Part shown: positions 25,401 to 40,400 of the stretch, piece by piece | How positions within the stretch are numbered: position 1 is the stretch's first letter | How the letters are laid out: every line of letters starts with the position of its first letter | Source: Tubiluchus corallicola | Lineage: Eukaryota > Animalia > Priapulida | Length of the DNA: 64,000 nt | Assembly: GCA_030141605.1 (NCBI GenBank) | Contig: JAQGDQ010000092.1 | Location: 310,001 to 374,000 of the forward strand | Reading direction: 5' to 3' | Translations under genes and position numbers: made by a program | The notes under the pieces: generated by a model | Told to the model about the DNA's origin: nothing | Database searches by the model: none | What the model saw: only the letters and a program-made list of their open reading frames with translations

Positions 25401-28400
25401 CTAATGAAGCCTCCAAAACACACAGTTATTTCCCTTCATCCACTGTAATTTTAATAAAGTTATGAGATGTCAACTCGATAGCAGATGTAGAAGTCATGCA
25501 AAGAATGAAGGTAACCAGTTTATACAGCACTTCATCATCTTAAATGAAACTGAGGTAAATTTTACCAACAAACTTAATACATCAAAAAGTACGAGTACAT
25601 AAAAATAAATTGCCTTATAAGTTAGTAGCATAGCAAATCTCTCTAACAAGAAATGTCCATGTTGTTAACATTCATCTTCACTTCAAAATTACATAGAAAT
25701 ATTTCCTAAGTATGCTGACGCCAATGCAATATTTTTAACTTCTTCAATCTGTGTCTGCAGGGGAAGTTCCAAACAAGCGAAAACACTGAAGTTCCAGACA
25801 AGCGAAAACACAAAAGTTCCAGATAAGCGAAAACACAGAAGTTCCTGAAAAGCGAAAACACAGACGTTCCAGACAAGCGAAAACACAGAGGTTCCAGACA
25901 AGGGAAAACATAGAAGTTCCAGACAAGCGAAAACACAGAGGTTCCAGACAATGGAAAACATAGAAGTTCCAGACAAGCGAAAACACAGAAGTTCCAGACA
26001 AGTAAAAACACAGAAGTTCCTGAAAAGCGAAAACAGAAGTTCCAGACAAGCGAAAACACAGAAGTTCAAGACAAGCGAAAACACAGAAGTTACAGACAAG
26101 TGAAAACACAGAAGTTCCAGACAAGTGAAAAAACGTTTTTGCTCAGTTTTGAACGAAAACAAACTTACGGGATGACACAGTCTTGAATTCCTTTTCACTT
26201 TGAGCTCTTCTCACTTCAGATTCCGTTAGCCTGGAACGTAACAGAGCTGCTTCTGTTTTTGCCTCAGCCAATTCCCTTTCTGCCTTCCTGGCTGCAAGCT
26301 TAATAATAATAATAATACTTTAGTATCAAATGAAGACACTTTGTTTTTTATGTTTCTTTCTAATTTAATGCATACATATTTCTGAATTTTCATTTCACAT
26401 GTACTAATGATAAGCTAATTTAAAACAATAATCAACAGAACAAGTTTTTAACAAATTGCTGCATAACATTAACATGTAAATATAGAATATACAAATTTAG
26501 AATATAGAAAAAATTCAAAATAAGTTTTAAAATGTACCCAATTATCATGTGCCTTTTTCTCTTGTTGTGTTAACTGCAAAAGAAAATAATGCTTTTTTGT
26601 GACAAAAGTGTTATTACAGTCATTATATTTAGTAATGATGATGAGATGGAAATCGCGTTTTTGCAATAAAAAATAACCAGCGCCTAACTAATATTACTTT
26701 TCAGTTGGCTTTGAAATTGACCACAAGGTAAAACGGTGAGATTACACAATAAAAGATGTCAGCAGTTACTTGCATAGTAGTTGAGAAACTTTCTTTATTT
26801 CAGATGTTCTGTTCAACGTTCAAAAAATAAACATGGGATAATACTTTTACACAGTTTGAAAATTTGGCTTACGTAAACTCTGTTACTCATATAGTGTATT
26901 GTTTTGAGTGGCCAGTTCATTTTGGAATTTTGTAACAGTATAGTACGTTTATTTTTAGACACAAATTTTCATTTACATTCAGAATACGCTACATGAAGCA
27001 AAACGTCTGTTAAAAAAAGAAAGTAGTTACTTGGGTGCTGATTATTTCTCTCAGTTTACTATCACTTAAATGCGGTGAACAGTAATGTTCAATTTTCATT
27101 AATACATTGACTCTATTATCAATTGCTAGTATAAAAAATTTTACTCTTTAAATCAATAATTAAGATCCTTTGCATAAACATTAAGGGAAAACATTGTACC
27201 AAAATTCTTAACTAACAATGTTTTTGTAAATAGAACTTTGTTATGGCAAATGTGCATTTTGTCCTCTTACTTGAGCTTTATAAGACTTTTCTATGCTTAA
27301 TATCTCTTTTTGTAAATCTTCCATCTGCTTCCGTGTGGAATTAATCTCTTTTTCTGTCAAATTCCGCAATTTTTCAGTTTCTGTAAGCTTCTCTTCATGC
27401 TCCTAAATGCAAAAATATGACGAGATTATCAATCAATTTTTTTCCATTGTTTATACGTAATACTGGTAGGTCAATAGTAAAATGGACCAGGTGGTTTCCA
27501 CATTTACTTAAATGGTTGGCAGAGTGTGTTCAACACCGTGCTTAGCAAATCTATGATGCATTAGAAGTTCCAGATAACGCACATTACATGATGCCCGTTG
27601 ATTAAAACTTGGCCATCCCGGATAGTTGGAAAACTTAAGTTTAGGAGATTCTCACCACACAGTGGAATTAAGGTGCAAATTTCGTTCCATCAACTTCAAA
27701 AATTAGAATAACAGTCATGCCTTTGTGCAAAGTAAAAGCAGTAATCACCAGCAGGGAAATACAAAAAGGAGCTGCACCTTTCATCTACAGTTGTGAGTGA
27801 GTTGATTAGAAAAAATAATTAGTAGCTGTTAGTTAATCCTCTTGCACCTGTTTCTTCACTTCATGCAGCCCAAGCTGTTTCTGCAACATAGCTTCCTTCT
27901 CTTTGAAGTATGTGGTTAATACAGCTAATTTTGTGGCTGCTTCATTGCTTTGCTCTTCAGCTTTTGTGTGCTTCTCTTGAAGTGCTTGCATATCATACTC
28001 CATCTCTGCTAATTTGTCTAGAAAAATGGCACCAATATGCTGAACAACCCAACCAGCAGTTCACAAAACTAAAAGCTTTGATGACCATAGTCACCTTAAC
28101 AATAACAAAAAGGCTAGAAGATTAGGTTAAAAAATTATAATCCAAATTATAATTACTTTGTGCCCAATTTATATTTCCTATCGTATCTACTGAATTTCAT
28201 AAAAACGACATCAAAAACAAAGTCTTTTAAGACTTTCTATAAATGGATATGTAATAGAAAAAACTGACATAAACCATCTTAAATATACATTGTTACTTTC
28301 AAAAGATGTATGCACAATTGCACGTGAGTAAAACAGTGATCTTAGAGGAGACATTATTGTACTAGTTTTGCAAATATTTCCAGGCTTTTACAGCTGTTAC

Positions 28401-31400
28401 GAAGCTTGGAATTACTTCCACTTAATATTACACACATAGAGCGTTCTTAGTACCTAGCTCCTTTAACAATGTACCAAATGGTTTGTCTATGGCAAGCAAA
28501 TGCATATGAAGAGATAAGTGAAAACGGTTTACTTTACATTTAAGCTGTTTATAAAAAACATACATTTTGTGAATAGAACACAGTGTAGTGCAATTTAATC
28601 TAGAGAGGCAGTACTTTTACAAGCCACTCAAGCCATTTAAGTAAGCGCATTATAGACCAAAAAGCAGCAGAGACAGATATAAGTCACGAATTTATTTACA
28701 TATGCTATAATAAATTATTGTCATGCCTGCAAAGTTTTAGCCTCAGATGCAAAACTGGGCAAAATTACAAAATAGATAAAAGACACAAAAATGACCTGAA
28801 ATATCACCTTCCATATTCTGCTTTTCAGTTGTCATTTGATTGAGTTGCATAAAAAGAGAACTCTTTTCTGCCTCCACTTCATTCAAAATGAGATTGATAC
28901 GATTCACATCCATCAGGTTCCTGATCTGCTCACTGATAACGTCAGTTTCATCAGCCTTTGACTCATCGTCCCCAATCTGATGTTCTCGACTCTTTCGCTT
29001 CTCTGATAAAATCTCAAGCTGAGTCAGGCAGTCGTTCAAGTTCTAAAGAAATTAAACAAAAAACAATTAAGCTATACAGTGTTGTTAGTTTGACTACACG
29101 ATAATTTACAACCTGTAAATTTTAGACGATTTGAAATACATCAACAAAATCTGTCACTACTTTTGTAATGATTCTACAAAGGACGCACTTATGGATAGGT
29201 TGAATAGAAGAAATGCAAAACAAACGAACAAGTTGAGTAACACGATACAGACAGCTAAATAAAAACCAAATTAGTCACTGCTACACTGATTACAATATTG
29301 CTAATTAACAAAAAATTGTTTAAGGAAATTTGAAAACTGAATACATGAAATTAAGCTGGAAAACCACATCAGTTATTTCTCGGGCTAAAATGACTTAGAC
29401 CGTCTCAAGCAACAGCCAGTTTTTACTTAGTCTAGATTTGTCTGTCACGAGAAAACTGCTAATTGTTTGAGTGAGCACCTAAAATGTGTGGCATCACTTT
29501 CTCTGTGTTACTGCCAGTTGAGTTCAAGAGACCAAGGTTTTTCAAAATGTGGGCCTAAGCCTAAACTTGCCCGTACAACATATATACTTTGTCATTACCT
29601 AAATGGGCTACAATAAACACTATAGACTTTATACATTGCTAAAAAACACTAGAGTATCAAATTTCGTTCAGCGTATGAATGATCGCAGCAGGTGTTCAGC
29701 ACCATAGACGATGCAAAAAGCAATATTTGTGTGACAGAAATCTTCGCAAACAACCCATTAAAAATCACAGGTTTATCTTTTTCACTCCTTTTAATGTGTT
29801 TATTTCAACACCATTACCAGAACAGTGCATCTGTTGTGAAATTTACACTATCACATGTGGTGGTCTCACAACTGAGCTGCTCAAAGCAGTCAAACAATGC
29901 CAGTTTACTAATATTCATTTTTTAAGTAATATTGCATAAAATCTTGGGTGCAACCCAATTTAAAATATTTAGTGCCAATGTCACAAAGACGCAAAAATAA
30001 ACACTGGTCTGACTGAAAAATAAAAACTGATGTGAGCAAGTAACAATGACATATACTTAGTGGCCATCACCACAGATATACTGCATATCTAAATGTGATT
30101 TGCGTGGAAAATTATCCACGTTAATGACCATAAACTGCACAGTAATTTACAATACTCTATCATACTATATTTAAGAGGATTAGCCTTAGTAAGAAATAGC
30201 AATTTCGAAAATGAAAAAATTTGATGTTTGGTACTGCACATTCTACGACAAAATCAACTTTCTATTATATTACTATAATAAAAAGCCTCAAAATTTCTGA
30301 AGCAAGCTGAAACTCGAAAACAGTGAGTAACCAAATATGGCAAAACTGGGTTCACTTTTGAAATACTGCATCAAGTATGCCTTTACTCATTTATGCACTT
30401 CTATGTTTATGAGAAAAAAATAAACACAACAAGCAACCTTTATTTCCTCTTCCTGCTTAATTATCTGTCCTTGCTTTGCTGCTAAATTGGTTTCTTGACT
30501 CTGTACTTGTTCCGTCAATCGCTGAACAGTTTCGTTCCAAGCCTGCGCTTCCTGAAGCAGTTGTTCCTTGTTTTCAGTCAGCAGTGCGACCTGTTTATCC
30601 TAAACAAAAATAATGTGAACTTGAAAATCGTGAGGATCTGCATTTAAGGAAAAAGATAGTCTAATGGTTTGTGTGAAAATAATTGCATGCACTGGCTCGA
30701 ACATGCATTCAGTTAACAAGAAATTGCAGTGTGCATTATTATATCATGCAACACTTGACACAAATAACAACAGAAGAACATAATGCAAACATTAAAAAAG
30801 TTAATACTAGCCTTCTCAAGAAACTGTTCATTGGCATTGGTAAGTTGCTCACTGAGATCACTGATAGTTGTTTCCAACGAAAGAATCTTCCCTTTTAGGT
30901 CGCCTACGTGTTGTTGACTTGTGTTCAGTTCTTGCAATAAAATATCTGCCTTTAAAAGTAAACAGAAATGCAGTCAGATTTAAGAAAAACACTAACTAAG
31001 ATATGTCTGTGGTTCAGTGGCTCATCCTAGAAGCACAGCCCTGGTAATGAGTCAGGCTTGGTTTTGCCACAACCATCCAGCTTGAATAAGATCTGCCATG
31101 TAATGCTGACTCCAGCTTTGTAGGATTCTAGTATATCTACTAAATAGATATCAAAAAGTGCATCTATTTGATATGGCTATTTTTGAACTGTTGAAAAAAG
31201 TTTAGAATTCATGCTTTGAAAATAAGTGTTCTTCCTTTCAAAAACCAATGAAAAGGGAGCGTCTTATTTAGTCAAGAATTACTAATCATTCTAATGTACT
31301 CTGTTCAGCTGTGCCTTTGTCCCCATCAATACAATATCTTTTTTGACATAAGGGAAAGCCAATTTAGATCACGAGATGTTTGTTAAACAGAAATCACATT

Positions 31401-34400
31401 TTTTATGTTACTATAAAAGCCATCATGAGGCCTAAATGTGAAAAACTGCAAGATCGTGATTAATAGTGCAAAATGATTGTTATAAAACCTATTTTAAAAG
31501 CAATATCGAAAATCTGAAACAACATAATGCCATATCACCATGTTCCACTTAATTGCTATGGAGCTGTTTTATAAATAAGCAGCAACAAAATGTAATATAC
31601 CTGTTCAGCCTTTTGACCAAGGCCTTCACAGCTTTCAGATATTTTAGCAGCCAGTTTGTCAATTTTGTGCTGCAGTTTGTCATTTTCATCCTGAAGCTTG
31701 TCCTTTTCTTCAATGGCATTGTCTCTTTCTTGCTCTATACTAGTTAGGATTTTAGCTTGCTCTGTTATTTTATCTTTGTTCTCCAGATACTAGAAACAAG
31801 AGACCTAAAGCTTTATTAATATATCTGACAACCAGCCAACAGTTTTCAGAAACGTAACTACAGATAGTTCTATTATATCTGTACATTCATTCTTACACTA
31901 ATGTGAGAGAGTGTTTTGGAAAATCTAGACAACTATATATCTGACTAAATACCTAAAAACAAACAAAATAATACCGTGTCCTTGTATTGCAAGTATAGGT
32001 TCTCCCTCCATTCTACATCACCAACACGTCTAAGCAATGTGCCCCAATCGGTTCTCTTCACTTTCATGAATTCTGACACACGAGGCTTCCTTAGTTGGTA
32101 TAATCGTAGCAGAAAAACACATATAAAGGCAATCACAAATGACAACTGTAGCTTCCGGACCCCGTCAACAACTTCATACTCCAGTAATATTACCTGATAG
32201 TCTTCTGGTAACTGAAAGATAAACAGCAAAGCTTGCAATTTTTCTTAGCAACTACGTGCACCTTATTTTGTTTCTCCACACTTTTGTCATACATGAGAGA
32301 AACACTGATTTTAAACTATTGCACAAAAATTAAATTCTAAATAGTCTGTCTGGAAGTATGTAGAATATTACTAAAGAATGCCTGCCATTGCTTAAGCTAT
32401 ACTTAGGGCTTTTTTGTCACTGTATCATCATAAATAATAATTAATTTATTGTCACTATTACTCACTAGTGCTGCCTGTTATCATTTAATTTTAACACATG
32501 GCTGACTTGATGACCTTTTGGTCGGCTTGCTATCTTTTCTCATTTTCACTTATTACTAGCAATTAGGCCCTATTTACCTGTTACTATTCAACAATTGCAC
32601 GTTGTAGCCTGGAAGCAGTTACTGTACATTTGTAAATTGGAGAAAAAATAAATTTCAACTTCAATTTCTGCACTAATCTCAGTTGTACAAACTTCAAATG
32701 CATACTATATTAAATAGCAGTGTTAAACCATGCGCTTAGTACTAAACTAAAACTAACAAAATAACCTTAAGAATTTCCAGATAGTTAAACATCCAAGCCA
32801 ACTGTAAGAGTTTATTGTGTTAGAGATATTCATTGTCTGTTATTGTTATATGCGAATTAAAAATCATCCAATATGGCCAATATTCTCAATATGCCCAACA
32901 AGATGGCTGCTAGCTTATAAAGACCACATCTTCACTACCTTGGCTATTAGTGCAGGAAGTATAATGCTTTTCGTGTCTAAATATAGATTTTTAGATGGGC
33001 ATGATCAAGGAATCCATATCTGAGCTTAAAAACTATTATAATAATATAATCCAATTTAGAATTTCAGCATGCCAAAATATGACTGCTCTTGAAATACATT
33101 AGCCTTCTACTATAGATAGGATGATGGTATTAGTATGGAAATGTAGGTTTTAATTGTCAAGAAATTCATTCTTTCTAAGTAAAACTGAATATTATAGTTG
33201 ATACTTTACGAGCCTTTAAGCACCAGACATGGATTCCTTGACCCATGAAAAACCTATATTTAGACACGAAATTATCATCCTTCCTGCTCTAATAGCTATG
33301 ATATGGTCTTCATGGGGTATGGCAGCCATATTTTATAGGCCATCTTGAAAATAGCGGCCATACTAGATAATTTTCAATTTAGTCCATAAACAAAATTTAT
33401 CACCTTAGCACTGTACAACGTTTAAGAGCTTTGCAAGCTTTACAGTGTTCTACGAATTATGTGCTATTTTTACATCTTCTGTCACAGTGCACGTAACGTT
33501 TGTGGAATGTTTACAAAAATTTTTTTACCTCAAGTGCCTATATTAAAGGGTCAAGTGATTTGATCCCATCAGTCATAAAATTCTTATTCAGGACTCTGGA
33601 TCTAAAATAAAGGACTCTATTCAGGTTCAGTGACAGAACTAAAAGTCAAAAGTGAAACTATTGCTGCACAACAGCTACCTATAGGCTCTGCTGTGTAACT
33701 AGTACTGTTGCCCAAGATTGCTGAATGCACTTGTGTTTTGTGTTTAGAAAAATGATGGTGGGATTGACATAAGTGCAATATTTAATTTCATTTCAAAAAA
33801 TCGTATTGCACGTGATAAATAGTTCATATATCAAAATATATATAATTATAATTTGCATAATTATTTGCCTATTATTATAAAAGCTGTGGCCTACATTAGG
33901 TCTCTATAATCAGTATATAAGACAAATGCTGCTTTAGCATGGAATTTACTAGCAAAAATGGTAAAAAATATAATACTTGAAAAAACCTATACCTATAAAA
34001 CATTTAACAAAGTGCAAAAATTTTACTTCTTTTTTACAGAAATAACTAAAACTTTAGATATAATTACATAGTAGGTGTTGCAACTTACCATACCAAGATA
34101 ACGTTCAAGCAAAGTGGCTGTTTGTTGCAAATGACTTTTTTGCAAATGTTTCCACAACTGACTTGCAACCTTTGTCCAATTAGTATTTTTCAACTCATCC
34201 CAAGAGGAATTTATTAAAACTGACCAGTCTATTAATTCTGGTGAAGCTGTCTCCTCTGTACTTTCAGGTTTGTCTTCAGTGTTTTCACTTTGCAAAATGG
34301 GAGGCTCAGGTACTTGATTCTCAATGTCCATGCCGTTCAGATGTCTAATGTTGTATGTTTGGTCAACAGCAGCAGTTTTTACACCATCAGCACTCATTTC

Positions 34401-37400
34401 TACATCTAGCTCAACCTCTGTTTCAAGGGTATTACCAGTTAAACCATAAACCTTTTCATCTGGCGCGACATAAAGGAAATCACTATCAAAAGAGTCGTGT
34501 AGTTTACCTCTTTTGCTCGAAGACAGCTTTTTACCCAATTTTGAATTTGTCTTCCGTTTACTACTCCTGTATTTCTTACGCTTGTGCGAATATGCATTTC
34601 GGATAACTTTGTCCTGCTCTTCTTTATTGTCATTGCCCTCAACATTTTTTCCTAAGACATGCTCCTGATCATCACCTTCTGTAGCTTCTATTATTCTTTC
34701 ATGTGTATCGTCCTTAACCTCTGGTTCAGATATTACCTTTGGACTACTAGCCTCCTCAGTACTTTTCATTTCTCCTTGTTCTTGTGTGGGATTACCAACG
34801 TAATTTCTACCAGAAACTAATGGCATGTCATTAGCTTTATTCGTTTTACTTAGATCATTGTCTGAATCATGTTGCATAGTACTAACAGTTTCTGTACCTA
34901 CATCAGCATCTTCATGAAAATCATAAGAATTAGCAGCAATGTCCGTTTCTTTGCTATCAACAATAGGCTGTTTATGAACATCATGAGATAGATAGTCAGG
35001 AGAACTCTGAGAAGACATTTGATCATTCTGCACATAAGGAATATGGCCCAATGCATGAGAAGGGACACGATCATTCGTTCCCGCAGGAATAAACTGATCA
35101 CCCTGATAATTATGATTCTGGTTAATATGTGGGGGTGGATAATGTTCATAATGCGGTCCTGCGTAACGATGTTTGTCATAACCGGAACGGAATTGGTCAT
35201 TAGGAAGGTAATTTTTCGAATTCTGCTGATAACTAAAATCTGCTTGACTGTTCACTTTATCACTACCCGTAACAGAAAGTTCGTCAGATTTGTCCACTAT
35301 CTCATAGTGTTCAGAAGCATCAACAGAATAAGAAGAACCGACTGAATGCTCACTAATAGAACTTGGTAAGGCATTTGTAGCTTCAACTGCATCGTTACTC
35401 TCCTGTGACACAAAACTTGGCATAATTTGTACATCCTCTGAAAATGAAAGACCAAAATCATGTAGATCTTTTCCAGCTGCAGATATTGTTGTACCAGCTA
35501 CAATAACTGAAACTGGTGTAACATCATCTGTACCAAAAATTATAGTTTCTGGTTGTCCATCTTTGACCACAGTTAACTGCCGAGGACTTTGTAACACATT
35601 TGAGGTTTCTACATTTACGTCGTCTGCTTTATTACGTAAGTTTTCATGCTTATTTTCTGCATCTGCAGAAGAACCCATTTCATTAGTTGGATGACTAGTG
35701 TCATCAGCAATAACTATTCTATCATGTTGAACAGAATCCAGTGACTCACTGCCATCAATGTATTTACTAGAAGCATCATCGAAAATAACAGATCTTTGAT
35801 TTGTTTCATCCACAATATCTTCTTCTGCCTTATTTCCATTTTGACTGTCAGCAGAAGTGATACTTTCGGCAGATAAATCAAATACTTCTTTATCTAATTG
35901 CACATCCTGCATTACTGCTAAAACAGTTTTTTCTAATGTCACGTCAGCCGTTTCTTCTTGAACTGAATCAACTTCAGTTTTAAGATATTCTTTAGCACTT
36001 TCATTCTCAGACTCAAGAACACTGTCACCTATTTTAACGTTAACGTTAGGACTGTTGTCACTAAAATCTTCAGGTTCACTAACACCTTCATTTTTCCTAT
36101 CATTATTCCCGTTGTCGTTCTCAACACCTTCATCTTTGCTGACATCGTTATTTGTTACATCAGCCTTATTACTGTTTTCAATATTAACATCCTCATCTTC
36201 GCTGATATCATCATTTGCTATATCAGTCTGAATAGCTGCCCTTTTGTCATCCGAAACAGTATTATCCGATTCAAGATTAAGAGCGTCTTTCTCAATGTTA
36301 GCACTTTCATCTGCAGTAACATCAGTGTTTCTTCTATTTTCGGTATTTTCCATTTCATCCTCACTTCCAAACTTCATATTGTATAACTCATAATTGAAAG
36401 TATCCCCATTAGTATAAGGTTCTTTATCTTCACCAGTGTCTTTATTCTTTTCATTACCCTCAATACTACTTTCTTCAATATCAGCAATAGTATATATATT
36501 CTCGGATTCAAAATTAATTCCGTCTTTATTAATGTTAGTATCATCACCTTCATCACTACCCGCATCTTCATTTTTTTTACTATTTTCCACACTGTCCTCA
36601 ACACCTGGCTCTGTAATGTCTGTTTCAGAGTATATGTCAACATCTTCATTTTCGCTAGCATCTTCATTTGTTCTAATATTCTCTATACTGTCCTTTTCAT
36701 TTTCAGCTTCAGACTTGATATTTTCTGATTCAGAAGCATAATTGACACTATAAATGTTAGCATCTTTATCTTCTAACTCATCAACATTTTGATGCCTTCC
36801 ATCAGTCTCGATATCATCCTTTGCATCTGTAACCCCAGAGTCTCCGACTAATTTGGAATTGAGATCGCTATTATCTATATTAGTACTAGCATCTTCACTA
36901 GCATTTTCTGTGGTCTTAACATCTTCATCTGTACTAACATTGTCGCTACTGCTGTTTTCAAGTACTGCCATTTTGGATTTGTCTAAATCATGATCTATTT
37001 TTTGTTGCATGCCCTCATTCTGCAATAAGGTTCTATCTAATGTTGCCTGTGTGTCATCAAGCTTTGATTCACTGGCACTTGTTTTAATGTCTAGATCTTC
37101 AACAATGACATTTCCTTTATCAGAGTCTCTAATAGAAGGCGAAAAATTGTTGGTACTCGATTTTATATCAGGATTATCAGCTTCAGTATTTACATTCTCA
37201 TCATTGCTATGTTTTCGTAAGTTATGATCTACCACTATTTCATCAGCAATATCTTTTTCTTTGGGGGTGCCATCTGAAAAATGTTCACTGTATGGAAAAC
37301 TGTCCTTAACAGCATCATCTTTAACAATTGGATATTCATCACTAGCTTCGTCTTGGCTGTCTCTACCACTACTTGCAGAAAGTAGCTTGTCAAAATCACT

Positions 37401-40400
37401 ATCGTCTTCAGTAACAACATCACCATGAGGCTCCAGATTAATATCATTAATGTTCTCAGTTTTTTGTTTGTAATTTGTAGTCTCCCATATCATACTTGAC
37501 TCCGACAACATATCAAATGAAACTGAATTTAATTTGCCTTTTTCAGGTACCGAATCTGTTTCTTTGAAGTCTACAGGTGCATCATTGGAATGCTTATCTT
37601 CACTTGCAAATCTAATGTTATGCTTGTCATCATAACGTTCTGATCCCTCTGCCATAGTGATAAAGCCAGACGTATCAGGAGTTTCTTTCAGAATATCGGT
37701 GTCTTCATTAATATCCTTGCCCCTACTACCATGATGGTCATCAGTACTAACCAGTCCCTTTTCAAAGTAAAAATATTCATCATCATCATCATGATCATCA
37801 TATTCATCATGATCATCATATGCATCATAATCATCATGATAATCATAAACTTGTCCACTATTATCTTCATCTGAATTGCCACTCTCATCAACAGGAATCT
37901 CTGCATCAAGTTCATGCTCTTGAGCATCATTATTTTGACTCAAGTAGTAGTTGTCATAATCATTTTCGCTGACTCCTTCATCAATGGCTTTGCTAACATC
38001 TGCAAAAAAACATGTCAGTTAAGGCTTACATGATTTCGGCTGTTTTATCACATTCAGTATTTCTGCATGTCTTTCAACTATCTCTGTTCAACCAATATCA
38101 TTTTGATAATGAAGAAATGTATTACGTATGTACAAAATAAATGGTACATATGGTAAGAATGTAAAGTTTTCTGGCTTTATTTTCTTGCTTAGCATAATCA
38201 CATTTAACGTGCAGAAATTTGTTAATTTTTAAAAACAAAATTTATTATTTTCTTCAAAAATCCTAGAAAGTAACAGAAATCCTAGACAGCTGGATTATAA
38301 ATTAAAAAATAAGTAATAAATTGAAACATGGTTTGCAAGTTAATCGGAAGTCTCTTTATTTTAGAAAACTACCTTCCATAAAAGTATCGTGTTTGTGAAC
38401 GTGTGCATCATCATTTTCTTGGTCTATGTTTAATTTCTTGTCTAGTAGGTTGTTTAAATCTGAAAAATAAATGTTCAAAAAAGACTTGCCAATTTAAATA
38501 AAAATATATATGCTTAAAATTGTTACAATTATACTTATACAGGTCTACAATATCAAACATGTAATTTAATCAATAATAAAAGTTGTTATGTCAATAAACC
38601 ATCTCTTATAACAAAACTTGTCATTAAGTCATAGGCCCCATTTGACTGAAATATAATTTACTCATCTAAATTTGAACCTTCTGCTTATTCATGCATGATC
38701 AACCAAACTAGTCAAAGATGTATTATTGTTTAGACAGAAGACACTAATTCCCAGTATCATTTTTAGTTCAATATTATAAAGTAAAATTTCTTCATGAATT
38801 TTTGACGGAAACACGAAATAACCGTTGTCAAAATCTTCAGAAATTTTTCTGCACTGAACAATGCAAACCAAAATTCTTGTTCCTGTGCAAATGCCATGTG
38901 ACAAATTTTAATGATTATAAATTTTAATTTTGGCAGAAAATTATTGATTGGCTACATTTAGAATAACAAATCTCTGCTTTGCTAATTTGGAAAGCTAGAT
39001 CCATATGAAAATAGCAAAACTTGAAAATCACTTTCTGAAATCACAAGGGATGCAAAGAAATTTGGAAACAGTCGGATTTCAGTTACCGAACTGAAATGAA
39101 CATTAGGTTTGTTTCGTTTTGTTGGTAGACAAAAAGATTCCGTTAAGTTTTGTTTCGGCAGAAATTTTCTAAAATTCACTTTCGATTCGGTTTGTTTAAA
39201 TAAATTCGGTCGCGACAGGTAAAAAATTCCTTTTTATAGTTCATCATTTTTGTCCGATGAATGCCACCGTTAAGTAATATAACTAAGCCTAGCAAAACCA
39301 ACCGACAATTTTTCAACAAAACTGTTTGCGTGTGATATGCTGGTAACGTGAACTAGCTTCGTAGAATTTTACCATTTGAGGTGATGCGCCTGGATGTTGA
39401 AGTCACTCGCTTGTTGATGTCTTCATTTCTACGATGTATGTATATGTGAAATTCTTGTTAATTAAGTCAGCAGAAGGCAATGTGAATGCTGTGTAGATTT
39501 ATTTTGTGTATAATTATTGTCAACATTGTTTCAGTGAATTCAGTGTAACTGCGTAGGTATGTGTCAAGCATAGGTAAATGGTGCATATGAGACTTTTTAT
39601 TCATTAGGTTTTTAACACAGCAGATTGAAATTTAGTGCAAAATATTTGCAATCCTAATACAACAGGTTAAATTTTGGCTATACGGTTACTGATTAAGCTA
39701 TTAAGCTACAATTACTATACTGTTTTCTGTTGATGAAAACTGATTTAGTTACTGGTTATCTTGCGTTTGGGTTATCAAGATGAAATTTGTAAATATATCA
39801 AGGGGGTTATATACTATAAAAATTTTACCTCTCCAACTGTGAAAATAAACTCTTTTGAAAAACCTGCTGAGGCCACTTGTAACTATTTAAATTATTACTA
39901 TAAGTGAATAATACGGTGTTGGCAAAAAAATATTGTGAAATTCGGCTCAATTTGGTTTCGGTAAACAAAAGTTTTGTAAAATTCGGTTTGAGTAAAAAAT
40001 TTTTATGACATTCAGCTCAATTCAGTATCAACAAAATAAAATTGTAGAAATTCGGTTTAAATTAGGTTCAGCAAAAAAGGTTTGAAAAATTCGTTACTGG
40101 TTCGGTTTGGTAAAATGGTCGGGTTTCAGTACAAATCACACTATGTTGCTGAAGAAAAATGCAATAAGCTAGCATTATTATTAAAGATGTAATTATGCAA
40201 AATTCCTCTTAAATAGTAAAACTGGAAAAAAATCTGACAATTAAGAGTTACAATTAAAGATACAATATCAGTCTACAATTACAAAAATTACCTTGGACTT
40301 TGCTGGGACTTTCATGAGACTCAAAATGCAAGCCTTGCAACTTCTTGTGATGTGTGAGTCGAGGAGACCACTTTTTTCCATCAATCTCATCACCACCATT

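Noticed and set aside
25689-26198. Cys/Phe-rich repetitive ORFs, or a CRISPR-like array
   Set aside because: Translations of a spacer-less 25-bp minisatellite inside an intron. There are no unique spacers or cas genes, and the context is eukaryotic.
34023-37943. Stand-alone 1306-aa dentin-sialophosphoprotein-like gene
   Set aside because: It has splice sites at both ends and joins in phase to the TANGO1 TM and coiled-coil exons.
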